A stretch of DNA of 64,000 nt, from the NCBI GenBank assembly GCA_965203355.1, contig OZ241889.1, forward strand, positions 3,808,001-3,872,000. The letters are read 5' to 3'. This document shows positions 8,066-17,266 of this stretch, piece after piece. The position numbers and the translations under genes were made by a program. The DNA comes from Candidatus Latescibacterota bacterium. Lineage in GTDB: Bacteria; Latescibacterota; UBA2968; UBA8231. The first letter of the stretch is position 1. The number at the start of each line of letters is the position of its first letter. Below the pieces are notes generated by a model. The model had not been told where the DNA came from. It saw nothing but the letters and a program-made list of their open reading frames with translations, and did not search any database.

Positions 8066-10420
8066 ATGGATGGTTTTACGCGAACACACCGGAAAAACAG
8101 CGCAGTTTTTGCCGTTTTCTCTTTTGTCTGCACCGTGCTACTACTCAACGGCCCGTTGGCATTTGCCCAAGAACAGACCGGGCACATAGAAGGCCGCGTA
8201 GTCAACGCACAAAACCTACCGATGCCTAAAACGCATATTGTCTTACCCGGCACCAAGTTAGACGCCGTTGTTTCTACCGAGGGGACCTTCGTCCTCCGTC
8301 GGGTGCCGACCGGCACGTACACTCTGATAGCATCCTTCGTCGGCTATGATAGCATCGAACAAAAGATCGTGGTCGAGGCCGGCCAAGTGACCCGGCTCGC
8401 CATAACCATGCAACAACGGCCAATTACGCTAGCGGAGATAGAGGTATTTGGCGTCGATAAAGTGCAAGCAGTGCAAAGCCGGAGAGTGGGTATTTCCGAA
8501 GGCGCGCAACTAATCGCTGCCGACTACATGCGCGCTCAACAAGCCAGCACTTTAGCCGATGCCCTGAGAAAAACGACCAGCGTACAGGTGGATGAGGAAG
8601 GCGGCCAACAAGGCAGCCTCGTGTACGTACGCGGTTTTACTGGCGACCAAGTCAGCTTACGAGTCGAAGGGGCACCTAAAAACTTCAATCAAGTACGACA
8701 CGGTGGCGCCAATACCATCTGGCTGGAGCCGGATATGTATAAAGGTGTTACTGTCGTTCCCGGCGTTGCCTCGAATATCTACGGAAACGGCTCGTTGGGT
8801 GGCATAATTCTGCTGGAGACTAAAGACCCTGAAGATGTACTCAAAGGAATTAAACGCTGGGGTTTGAATGTCCGCAGTGGATACGAGAGCAATGGTGTGA
8901 GCTATTACAATAGTGTTGATGGTGCCCATCAACTTACGGAAAAACTAGCCGTTTTAGGCACGTATGTGCGGAGGGATACAGACGCATATAAAGACGGCGA
9001 TGGTTTTCGGGCACTTTTAGGATCGACCGGAACAAAAGATAACAATTTGTTATTAAAAAGTGCCTATCATATCGCTGAGGGCCAGTACCTCGAACTGGGT
9101 TACGTTGGTTTGTATAAAGACTACACGGCCCGTACGACCTCCGGTAGTGGTGCGTATCTCGACCCAGCCGACACGCAAATTGAAGACGAAACTTGGTCCG
9201 CGGAATACAATCTAATCCCTAGAAATAGACCATTGTTGAACCTCAATGCTCGTTTCAGTTACAATAAAATTGAACGAGATCGCTTGGTAGTAGGCGAAAC
9301 AGAACGCGATATCTGGGGCGTGGACACTGGCTATTTCGAGTTGGAAAACGTCAGCACCTTACAGCAAGGGACCAATGTCTTCCATCAAGTTCGCTACGGC
9401 CTAGACTACACTCGGGACAACGTTCTAACGGCCTATGACGATATACGCCGCAAGCGGACACAATACGGTATTTACGCGAGCGACGGCATGGCCCTTGGCA
9501 AGAGCTTAGAACTGGTCGGCAGCGTTCGCTACGACCGTTTTGAAAATAGCCATCCTGCACAAGGCTCTAGCACAGCAATTGCAATATCTCCCAAACTACA
9601 CGCAACTTGGAAACTATTTGAACGTAGAAAGGCAGGAAATCTGAGCGTTTATGGGGTGGCCGGTAAAGGTTTTCGTGTGCCCTCCGTACACGAGGCTTAT
9701 AGGAACAATGGCGAACCTTCGTGCGGACGCAGTAGTTGCAGCGAAACCGCACCCAATCCCCACCTCAGAGGAGAAGCTAGCACCAGTTGGGAGCTTGGTT
9801 TCCGCTTTGGTCAAACAAATCTGATCCATTCGGGCGATGAGTTGAATTTCCAGTTCGGCTATAACAACAATACCGTTGACAATCTCATTGCGCTAACAAC
9901 CATAAATGAGTATGCGGCTGACATTGATGGCGATGGCTCAGACGACCTCGTCGAGGTTCGGCAATACACCAACATCAATAAGGCATATATTGGCGGCTTT
10001 GAACTCTCGTTAAACTATGCAGGAGCTATGGGATTCGCTGCTGTTACCGCACAAACTACGGATGGTGAAGATGGTGAGGGCATTAAGCTAGCGGATATTA
10101 ACCCAGCCAGCCTTAATGCCACTATAGGCACGTATGTTTTCGACGGTAGAGCGCGGATAGGGCTTGACGTGACAAGTCGAAAAGAGAGAAAATACATCCA
10201 GCGAGGTGTAGAGAGACGACGTGCTGGTTATGCGCTTTACGACATCTTTGGTTCGTACCAATTCAATCAAAATCTTTCGCTACAGGTGCGAGCTGAAAAC
10301 GCCTTTGATACACTCTACAGCAAGCGCAGCATTATCGTAGATCGCGACGGGAATGATGTCACTACGTACTCACCCGGTCGCAATCTCAAGCTGACGATTG
10401 GCTATAATTGGGCGCACTAG
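8066..10420 (+). CDS. TonB-dependent receptor, heme/hemoglobin-receptor-like, with N-terminal carboxypeptidase-regulatory-like domain
   Basis: Signal peptide, GHIEGRVV...SFVGY N-domain, plug motif YGNGSLGGII, FRVP...NPHL (FRAP/NPNL-like) and C-terminal PGRNLKLTIGYNW; AAGGAG RBS before ATG 8066. Confidence 0.88.
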   Translation: MDGFTRTHRKNSAVFAVFSFVCTVLLLNGPLAFAQEQTGHIEGRVVNAQNLPMPKTHIVLPGTKLDAVVSTEGTFVLRRVPTGTYTLIASFVGYDSIEQKIVVEAGQVTRLAITMQQRPITLAEIEVFGVDKVQAVQSRRVGISEGAQLIAADYMRAQQASTLADALRKTTSVQVDEEGGQQGSLVYVRGFTGDQVSLRVEGAPKNFNQVRHGGANTIWLEPDMYKGVTVVPGVASNIYGNGSLGGIILLETKDPEDVLKGIKRWGLNVRSGYESNGVSYYNSVDGAHQLTEKLAVLGTYVRRDTDAYKDGDGFRALLGSTGTKDNNLLLKSAYHIAEGQYLELGYVGLYKDYTARTTSGSGAYLDPADTQIEDETWSAEYNLIPRNRPLLNLNARFSYNKIERDRLVVGETERDIWGVDTGYFELENVSTLQQGTNVFHQVRYGLDYTRDNVLTAYDDIRRKRTQYGIYASDGMALGKSLELVGSVRYDRFENSHPAQGSSTAIAISPKLHATWKLFERRKAGNLSVYGVAGKGFRVPSVHEAYRNNGEPSCGRSSCSETAPNPHLRGEASTSWELGFRFGQTNLIHSGDELNFQFGYNNNTVDNLIALTTINEYAADIDGDGSDDLVEVRQYTNINKAYIGGFELSLNYAGAMGFAAVTAQTTDGEDGEGIKLADINPASLNATIGTYVFDGRARIGLDVTSRKERKYIQRGVERRRAGYALYDIFGSYQFNQNLSLQVRAENAFDTLYSKRSIIVDRDGNDVTTYSPGRNLKLTIGYNWAH

Positions 10421-10648
10421 CCACCACGAGCCGGCGACATCTGGCGATTATCCTGACACTATCTGGACCGGGCATAGATGCCGATCTAGCCGTGGCGATG
10501 GGGATCGGACCTGCAAGCGCTCGTCAAGAAACTTGCCTGCCCCTTGCCTGTGCTCGGTCATCGCCGCTCTTTGCGATTCCCTGTCGGCCTGCTTTCGCGA
10601 GGTCAAAAGTAAGCCTCTAGGCCTGGTTCTCTACCATGCCTCGCACCG

Positions 10649-10668
10649 TATATGCACATCTGCATATA
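10649..10668. promoter_or_regulatory. Perfect 8-4-8 palindrome, candidate transcription-factor operator
   Basis: TATATGCA-CATC-TGCATATA, about 180 bp upstream of the Zn-dehydrogenase. Confidence 0.4.
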
Positions 10669-10847
10669 TTTGCGGGGACGTGAACCCAGTTTCGCGCCCC
10701 ATTACAACGCCTCGTGTGACATCGCACTGACATTTCCATTCGCAACATTGCCCCCACCTCGGCGGTTGGGTACATTGAGCTTTTATAGGCAAGCGCAGGG
10801 AAAATACCTGCACCGCATTGGCTATTGAAATCGCAGAGGAGAAAGAC

Positions 10848-11972
10848 ATGAGTCAGATACAGGCGGCGATCATGACCGGCCCCGGCCAAATCGCCGTGCG
10901 CTCGTATCCCAAACCCCAAATCGGCGACGACGAAGTCCTCTTGAAGATCGAACGCACCGGCATCTGCGGCAGCGATAAGCACATGTTCGCCGGCCACATG
11001 GCCCTGCCGTTTCCCGTGATACCCGGGCACGAATTAGTCGGCATCATCGAGGAGATGGGGCCGGCCGCGGCCGATAACTTGGCCCTAGTCGGCGGCCCGG
11101 TCGCCGTGGGAGACCGCGTGACGACAACGCCCTCGTCGCGGGCCTGTGGGCGGTGCTACTACTGCCTGCACATGCCCCAGCGACCCACCCTGTGCTCCAA
11201 CCGCTTTGTGTACGGATTCGTGTCCGCCGATCTCGCCCCCATGCCGCGCGGCGGCTTTGCCGAATACCTGCATTTAACCGGCCATTCGTGGCTCTTCAAA
11301 ATCCCGGACGACCTGCCTTCGGAACGGGCTGTGCTCACCGAGCCAGCCGCCGTGGCCACCCGCGCCGTAGAGCGCGCCTTAGGGCCGGGCATCCCGCACA
11401 TCGGCGAAGGGCTGGGCCTCGACAAATCCGTGCTGGTCCTCGGCGCCGGCCCCATTGGCCAGCTTGTGGTAGCGGTACTGAGCCACGTCGGCACCGACTT
11501 GATTATCGCCGGCGACCTGAGCGCGGCCCGGCTGGAACTCGCCCGCGCCATGGGGGCTCATCAAGTGCTCGCAATGGGCGAAGGCAGCCCCGAGCAACGC
11601 CAGCAAGCCCTCCACGACATGACCGAGGGCGTGGGGGCCGATATCGTCATTGAAACAGCCGGCGTACCCGTAGCCTTCAAAGAATCGCTCGACTTGGTGC
11701 GCCGGGGTGGCATCGTCGTGGAGGTGGGGCACTTCACCGATCCAGGAGGCGTGAAAATCCACCCGCACATCGTCTGTTTTAAGGATTTGGACATCCGCGG
11801 CATGTGGGCCTATCCTTCCATGCAGTTCAAGACCGCGCTATCCTTCCTGCGGCGCACGACCGCGCCTTTAGACCGCTTTATCACCCATCGGCTGCCGCTG
11901 TCCCACATCCGCGAGGGCCTCGACATTACCGGCGGCGAAGAAGCCATGAAGGTAGTGATAGAGCCTTTTTAA
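10848..11972 (+). CDS. Zinc-dependent alcohol/sugar dehydrogenase (MDR family)
   Basis: GICGSD, GHE, structural zinc CGRCYYC...C and Rossmann GAGPIG; GAGGAG RBS. Confidence 0.9.
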   Translation: MSQIQAAIMTGPGQIAVRSYPKPQIGDDEVLLKIERTGICGSDKHMFAGHMALPFPVIPGHELVGIIEEMGPAAADNLALVGGPVAVGDRVTTTPSSRACGRCYYCLHMPQRPTLCSNRFVYGFVSADLAPMPRGGFAEYLHLTGHSWLFKIPDDLPSERAVLTEPAAVATRAVERALGPGIPHIGEGLGLDKSVLVLGAGPIGQLVVAVLSHVGTDLIIAGDLSAARLELARAMGAHQVLAMGEGSPEQRQQALHDMTEGVGADIVIETAGVPVAFKESLDLVRRGGIVVEVGHFTDPGGVKIHPHIVCFKDLDIRGMWAYPSMQFKTALSFLRRTTAPLDRFITHRLPLSHIREGLDITGGEEAMKVVIEPF

Positions 11973-11997
11973 GGCCCACCCAACTTAGGAAAGAGAA

Positions 11998-13161
11998 ATG
12001 GCAATACTACGACCTAAGATCCTCGTCGTCGATGACGAGCCCGATCTAGAGCACCTAGTAAGGCAGCGCATGCGCCGCGAAATCCGCTCGGGCGAGTACA
12101 GTTTTACGTTTGCCCAAAACGGCGTTGAAGCCCTAGAACTGCTAAGCCAAGATCAAGACATCGACATGGTGCTTTCGGATATCAACATGCCCCGAATGGA
12201 CGGGCTTACCTTGCTAGAACAGATCCCCAAAGTAGATCCCAACATCCGCTCGGTCATCGTCTCGGCATACGGCGACATGAAGAACATCCGCACGGCTATG
12301 AACCGGGGCGCGTTTGACTTTATCACCAAGCCCATCGACTTCGAGGACATGAAGGTGACCATCCAGCGCACCTTGAGCCATCTAGCGCTGTGGCGCGAGG
12401 CCCTGGAATCGCGCGACAAATTGGTCGCCCTGCAAAACGAACTCAGCGTGGCCAACAAAATGCAGCAGTCCATCTTGCCCACCAGTTTCCCCACCGGTCG
12501 TGGCTTTGAAGTTTTCGGCAGCATGAAGCCGGCGCGCGACGTCGGCGGCGACTTTTTCGATGTCTTGTCCCTAGAGGACGGCCGCCTCGGTCTCGTCGTC
12601 GCCGATGTCTCGGACAAAGGCGTACCGGCCGCCCTGTTTATGATGTCGAGCCGCACCTTGCTCAAAGGCGCGGCCATTGGCCTCGATTCGCCAGGCAAGG
12701 TGTTGAGCGAGGTAAATCAACTGCTGCAAGAAGAAAACGACGCCGCCATGTTCGTAACCGTCTTTTACGCAACGTTCAACCCCGCAACCGGCGAGTTAGC
12801 CTATGCCAATGGAGGGCACAATACGCCGTTGGTAGTACACGCCGACGGTAGCTCGACCGCGATTCCGCCGACCGGCGGAGTGGCACTCGGCGTGGTGCCC
12901 GAATTTACCTTTGACGAAAGCTCCATAACCTTGCAACCCGGCGACCGCGTCGTCTTGTACACCGATGGCGTCACCGAGGCCGAAAACGACCAAGGCGACC
13001 AGTTCGAGCTAGCGCGCCTGTGCGAGATTTTCGCCAACGGGACGCCGATGGATGCCCGCTCCACCAACGCGGCGGTTTTGGCGGCGGTCGAGGCCTTTGC
13101 CGGCGATGCCCCTCAATTTGACGACGTCACTTGCCTGACGCTGCGCCGGACCGACCCATGA
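11998..13161 (+). CDS. Response regulator with PP2C/SpoIIE phosphatase (RsbU/RsbP-type)
   Basis: Receiver domain (VVDDE, SDINMP, KP), coiled coil, then PP2C motifs VGGDFFD, ADVSDKG, YTDGVTEA and DDVT. Confidence 0.92.
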   Translation: MAILRPKILVVDDEPDLEHLVRQRMRREIRSGEYSFTFAQNGVEALELLSQDQDIDMVLSDINMPRMDGLTLLEQIPKVDPNIRSVIVSAYGDMKNIRTAMNRGAFDFITKPIDFEDMKVTIQRTLSHLALWREALESRDKLVALQNELSVANKMQQSILPTSFPTGRGFEVFGSMKPARDVGGDFFDVLSLEDGRLGLVVADVSDKGVPAALFMMSSRTLLKGAAIGLDSPGKVLSEVNQLLQEENDAAMFVTVFYATFNPATGELAYANGGHNTPLVVHADGSSTAIPPTGGVALGVVPEFTFDESSITLQPGDRVVLYTDGVTEAENDQGDQFELARLCEIFANGTPMDARSTNAAVLAAVEAFAGDAPQFDDVTCLTLRRTDP

Positions 13162-13580
13162 GCGCGCAAAGATCGCTAGTCATAGCGACCGAACTGGACG
13201 AACTACACAAGGTCAACGCCGCTATCGAAGAACTGGCGGAGGAAGAAAACTGGTCGCCAGACATCACCTTTCAGATTGGGCTCGCCGTTGAGGAATTGGG
13301 GGTCAACATCGTCAACTACGGGCACGACGACGACCAAGCCCACGAAATCAAGATCGCCATTTCCTCAGAGGACGAGGTGATCACCATTGCGGTTGAGGAC
13401 GACGGACGCGCCTTCAATCCGCTCCTCGACGCGCCAAAGCCAGACTTGGATTCCGAGGTGGCGGACCGCACCGTGGGCGGCCTCGGCATCTATCTCGTAC
13501 TCAAAATGATGGACGAGGTCCGCTACCAGCGACGGCAAAACAAGAACTGCCTGACCTTGGTCAAGCGGAGGGATAGTTGA
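13158..13580 (+). CDS. Anti-sigma factor / serine kinase (RsbW-like HATPase)
   Basis: AVEELGVNIVNYG, EDDGRAFNP and GGLGIYLV; ATGA overlap with the upstream stop. Confidence 0.9.
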   Translation: MSAQRSLVIATELDELHKVNAAIEELAEEENWSPDITFQIGLAVEELGVNIVNYGHDDDQAHEIKIAISSEDEVITIAVEDDGRAFNPLLDAPKPDLDSEVADRTVGGLGIYLVLKMMDEVRYQRRQNKNCLTLVKRRDS

Positions 13581-14746
13581 GTAGCACACTTGCTCGATGC
13601 GCGGCCGCGCTGCTAGTGGCGAGTGCTGCGCTTGGCGACGAACAGCCCGGCGTCTCCGACCAGAGTATCCTCTTCGGCCAATCCGCCGCCTTTAGCGGCC
13701 CAGCCCAGGAGTTGGGCCGGAACATGCGGCTCGGAATGCAGGCCGCCTTCCGCGAGGTGAACGAACAGGGGGGGCTCCACGGCCGCCGGCTCGAACTGGT
13801 GTCGCTCGACGACGGGTACGAGCCGGAAGCCGCCATCGACAATACCCGCCAGTTGATCGAAGGGGAGCGGGTCTTCGCGCTGATCGGCGCCGTCGGCACC
13901 CCGACCTCGCGCGCCGCTGTCCCCATTGCCGAGGACGCTGGCGTCCCCTACATCGCTCCCTTCACCGGCAGCAACTTTCTCCGCGATCCCAAGTGGCGCG
14001 GTGTGGTCAACCTGCGCGCCTCCTACTATCAGGAAACCGAAGAAATCGTCGCCCGCCTAACTGAAGACTTGGGCATTGAGCGCATTGCCATCATGTATCA
14101 AGACGACTCCTTTGGCCGAGAGGGGTTTCACGGCGTGCGCCGCGCGCTAGCGCGTCGCCAGCTATCGCTCGTGGCGGTCGGCGTGTATCCGCGCAACACC
14201 AAGGCGGTAAAAACCGCTCTACTCGACCTGCGCAGCGGCCAGCCCCAAGCCGTTATCTTGGTTGGCACCTACCAGCCAGTCGCCACCCTCATCGCCTGGG
14301 CGCAAGTGACGAATTTCACCCCCATCTTTGTGACCATCTCCTTCGTGGGCAGTAAAGCATTGGCGCGCGAACTCGGCCCGGCCGGCACCGGGGTTATCGT
14401 CTCCCAAGTCGTGCCCTTCCCAACAGCCGCCGAGCCGGCCATCGTCGGCTCGTACCACCGCGCACTCGCGGCCTACGCTCCGCGCGCCGAGCCGAGCTTT
14501 GTCTCATTCGAAGGCTACCTAGCCGGTCGCTTGGCGGCCGCCGCCCTGGCCGACTGCGGCCGAGCAGTTAGTCGCGCCTGCCTGTTAGGCAACTTGCGCC
14601 GCACCAAAGTCATCGACCTAGAAGGGTTCAATCTCCGCTACGGCGAAGGCGATAATCAGGGTTCGGACGCGGTATTCCTCACCGTGCTCGGCAGCGACGG
14701 CCAATACCGCCCCATCCAATCCTTGAAAAGCGCGACCCAGCCATGA
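13577..14746 (+). CDS. Periplasmic ligand-binding protein (LivJ/AmiC-like type I PBP superfamily)
   Basis: Signal peptide, GQSAAFSGP, GGLHGRRLEL, DDGYEP, VGTPT, LRASY and YQDDSFG. No ABC permease or ATPase nearby. Confidence 0.85.
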   Translation: MSSTLARCAAALLVASAALGDEQPGVSDQSILFGQSAAFSGPAQELGRNMRLGMQAAFREVNEQGGLHGRRLELVSLDDGYEPEAAIDNTRQLIEGERVFALIGAVGTPTSRAAVPIAEDAGVPYIAPFTGSNFLRDPKWRGVVNLRASYYQETEEIVARLTEDLGIERIAIMYQDDSFGREGFHGVRRALARRQLSLVAVGVYPRNTKAVKTALLDLRSGQPQAVILVGTYQPVATLIAWAQVTNFTPIFVTISFVGSKALARELGPAGTGVIVSQVVPFPTAAEPAIVGSYHRALAAYAPRAEPSFVSFEGYLAGRLAAAALADCGRAVSRACLLGNLRRTKVIDLEGFNLRYGEGDNQGSDAVFLTVLGSDGQYRPIQSLKSATQP

Positions 14747-16899
14747 CCGCCCCCCTGAAACGCCTGCTCGCGGCCCGGCACCGCATCGCCTTTCACCTCT
14801 ACATGGGCATCGGCACGGCCGTAGTCCTCACCATGGTCGCGAGCTTGGTGGCCTGGTTTTCCTTCGATCAAGTCGGCGAGGCCCAAAGGCAAGTAACCGA
14901 GCGGGCGGTCCCGGAGATAGCCACCGCTTTTGCGGTCGCCCAGCAAAGCGGCACGCTTGCGGCCGCGGCCCCGCGCTTGGTAGCAGCCGAGACGCCGCAG
15001 GCATTTATCGCGGTCGCCGCCCAAGTCGCCTCCGAGCGGGACGACTTCAAGAGGCAGTTGACAGCCCTGACCGAGCAAGGGGCTGCCGAAGAGCACTTCG
15101 CCCGGATTCGCGCGCATGGCGACACCCTCATCGCCAACATCAACGCCATTGAGACTTCGGTGGCCAAGCGCTTTGACCTCAACACGCGCATCCGCGCCTT
15201 GCACAACAACCTAGGGGCCTTGCAAATCGAGCTGACCAACCTCTTGATTCCGGCCATTGACGACCAGCTATTCTACGCCATGACCGGCTACCGCACCCTC
15301 GGCGAACCCCCGGCCCCGCGCGCTCAGCACCTTTCAGAGGCTGAACTTTCTCACTATCGCGATCTGGCCGAGTTGCAGGAAGGGGCCACGACAGCCACCC
15401 GGCTGCTGGCCAATGCGTTCAACTTATCGGACTCGCGCCTGCTAGAGCCGCTACAAGAGCGTTTCGACTCCACCGTCAGCGGCATTGAGCGAAAACTCGC
15501 CGCACTCGGCGAAAGCCCCTTGCGCAGCGAACTCAGCCGCACCTTCTATCGTCTGTTCGACTTGGGGCGCGGAGACGGGAAAATTTTCGCCGTGCGCTCT
15601 TCAGAACTCCAGATCGTCGACCAACAACGAGCGCTGCTCGACCACAATCGCGACTTGTCCATTGAACTAGTCGTCGAGGTCGAGGGCCTAGTCAATGCGG
15701 CCCGCCAAAGCGCCCAGCAGGCCACGCAAACTTCCACCCAAGCCATCTTCACTGGCCGCAAGCTCCTGCTCGCTATTAACGCGATCGGCATCATCGGAGC
15801 CGTGCTGATTGCTTGGCTATTCGTCGGCCGGATGCTGCTGCGTCGCCTCGAATTCCTGTCGAACCGCATGCGGCGAATGGCAGAAGGCGACCTAGAGGCG
15901 AAAATCGAGATGCCCGGGCGCGACGAGGTCGCCGACATGGCCGCCGCCCTCGAAATTTTTCGCCACAACTCGTTGGAGGCCCAGCGGCTCAACTTGGTGG
16001 AAAAGCTCGCCGCGGATTTAGAAGAGAAAAATGCCACGCTCGAAAAGGTGCTCGAAGACCTGCGTCTGGCGCAGGGTCAGATCGTCATGCGCGAAAAATT
16101 GGCTGCACTCGGCGAACTGACCGCGGGCGTGGCGCACGAAATCCAGAATCCCTTGAACTTCATCAAGAACTTCTCGGAAGTCTCGGAGGAACTGTTAGAC
16201 GAATTGCAAGAGATACTAGCGGAAGAAGGCGTACAGATAAACGAAGAGCAGCGCACGCTAATCAACGAAATCGAGGGCGACTTAACCGCCAATCTCGGGC
16301 GCATCCGCCACCACGGCGACCGCGCCAACCGCATTGTGCGCGACATGCTACAGATGGGGCGCGGATCGGGCGAGGCACGGGCCACGGATATCAACAACCT
16401 GCTCGAAGAACACGCCCGTCTCGCTTTCCACAGCGCTCGAGCGACCCATGCAGATTTTCAGCTCGACATCAAAGAAGATTTAGACGAGGCAATGGGAGAA
16501 TTAGAAGTGGTCCCCCAGAATTTGGCCCGCGTCTTTCTGAACATGGTGAGCAATGCCTGCTACGCCACCAACGAAAAGCGACAAGCTCCAGAGACGGCAC
16601 CCGATTACGTCCCCACGCTCTGGATCAGCACCCAGCGAATGCCCGATCAAGTCACAATCCGCATTCGCGACAATGGCAACGGGATTCCACCGGATGTCGT
16701 CGATAAAATCTTTAACCCATTCTTTACGACGAAGCCGACGGATCAAGGAACCGGGCTCGGACTCGCGCTATCCAACGACATCGTGCGCGAACACGGGGGC
16801 ATCATAAAGGTCCACTCCGAGCCTGGCGAATTTACCGAGATGACCATCGAACTGCCCACCGAGCATTCGGCGTTAGCCGACTCAGACGCGACCGCTTAA
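14743..16899 (+). CDS. Membrane sensor histidine kinase (TorS-like periplasmic domain, HAMP, HisKA, HATPase)
   Basis: Two TM segments flanking a long helical sensor domain, HAMP (GRDEVADMA), H-box AHEIQNPLNF, N-box NMVSNA, and DNGNG, FNPFFTTK, GTGLGL. Confidence 0.9.
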   Translation: MTAPLKRLLAARHRIAFHLYMGIGTAVVLTMVASLVAWFSFDQVGEAQRQVTERAVPEIATAFAVAQQSGTLAAAAPRLVAAETPQAFIAVAAQVASERDDFKRQLTALTEQGAAEEHFARIRAHGDTLIANINAIETSVAKRFDLNTRIRALHNNLGALQIELTNLLIPAIDDQLFYAMTGYRTLGEPPAPRAQHLSEAELSHYRDLAELQEGATTATRLLANAFNLSDSRLLEPLQERFDSTVSGIERKLAALGESPLRSELSRTFYRLFDLGRGDGKIFAVRSSELQIVDQQRALLDHNRDLSIELVVEVEGLVNAARQSAQQATQTSTQAIFTGRKLLLAINAIGIIGAVLIAWLFVGRMLLRRLEFLSNRMRRMAEGDLEAKIEMPGRDEVADMAAALEIFRHNSLEAQRLNLVEKLAADLEEKNATLEKVLEDLRLAQGQIVMREKLAALGELTAGVAHEIQNPLNFIKNFSEVSEELLDELQEILAEEGVQINEEQRTLINEIEGDLTANLGRIRHHGDRANRIVRDMLQMGRGSGEARATDINNLLEEHARLAFHSARATHADFQLDIKEDLDEAMGELEVVPQNLARVFLNMVSNACYATNEKRQAPETAPDYVPTLWISTQRMPDQVTIRIRDNGNGIPPDVVDKIFNPFFTTKPTDQGTGLGLALSNDIVREHGGIIKVHSEPGEFTEMTIELPTEHSALADSDATA

Positions 16900-17229
16900 T
16901 TACGTCAGTGCGGCGAGTGCTTCTTCTTCAGAGGCGTGGATCGCAATGATCTTGTCAAAACCGCTAATTTCGAAAATTTCCCGTATCGGCTCCGAAAGCG
17001 AGCACAGCGCGAATTGAGCACTGCGCTGCTGGAGCGTTTTGGCGACGAGCAGGAAGGTCCGCAAACCCGCGCTGCTGATGTAGTTGATGGCCGTCAAATC
17101 GACGAGCACTGGGTTGTTTTTCTCGCCGATTGCCTTGCTTAGGGCTTCGTGGAAGTCGCGGGCATTGACTCCGTCGATGCGGCCTTCGGGCTTGGCGATT
17201 AATACGCCATCTTTCTGTTCGGTATTCAC
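16900..17229 (-). CDS. Anti-sigma factor antagonist (STAS, RsbV/SpoIIAA-like)
   Basis: GRIDG, VDL..INYISSAGLR (phosphoacceptor Ser) and IFEISGF. GTG start at 17229 after AGGA. Confidence 0.9.
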   Translation of the reverse strand: MNTEQKDGVLIAKPEGRIDGVNARDFHEALSKAIGEKNNPVLVDLTAINYISSAGLRTFLLVAKTLQQRSAQFALCSLSEPIREIFEISGFDKIIAIHASEEEALAALT

Positions 17230-17266
17230 TTGATTTCCTGCCTTTCTAAGATGGTATGCACCGTTT

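Noticed and set aside
10398-10730. Short ORFs in the gap between the TonB receptor and the dehydrogenase
   Set aside because: No RBS, motifs or coding-like composition.
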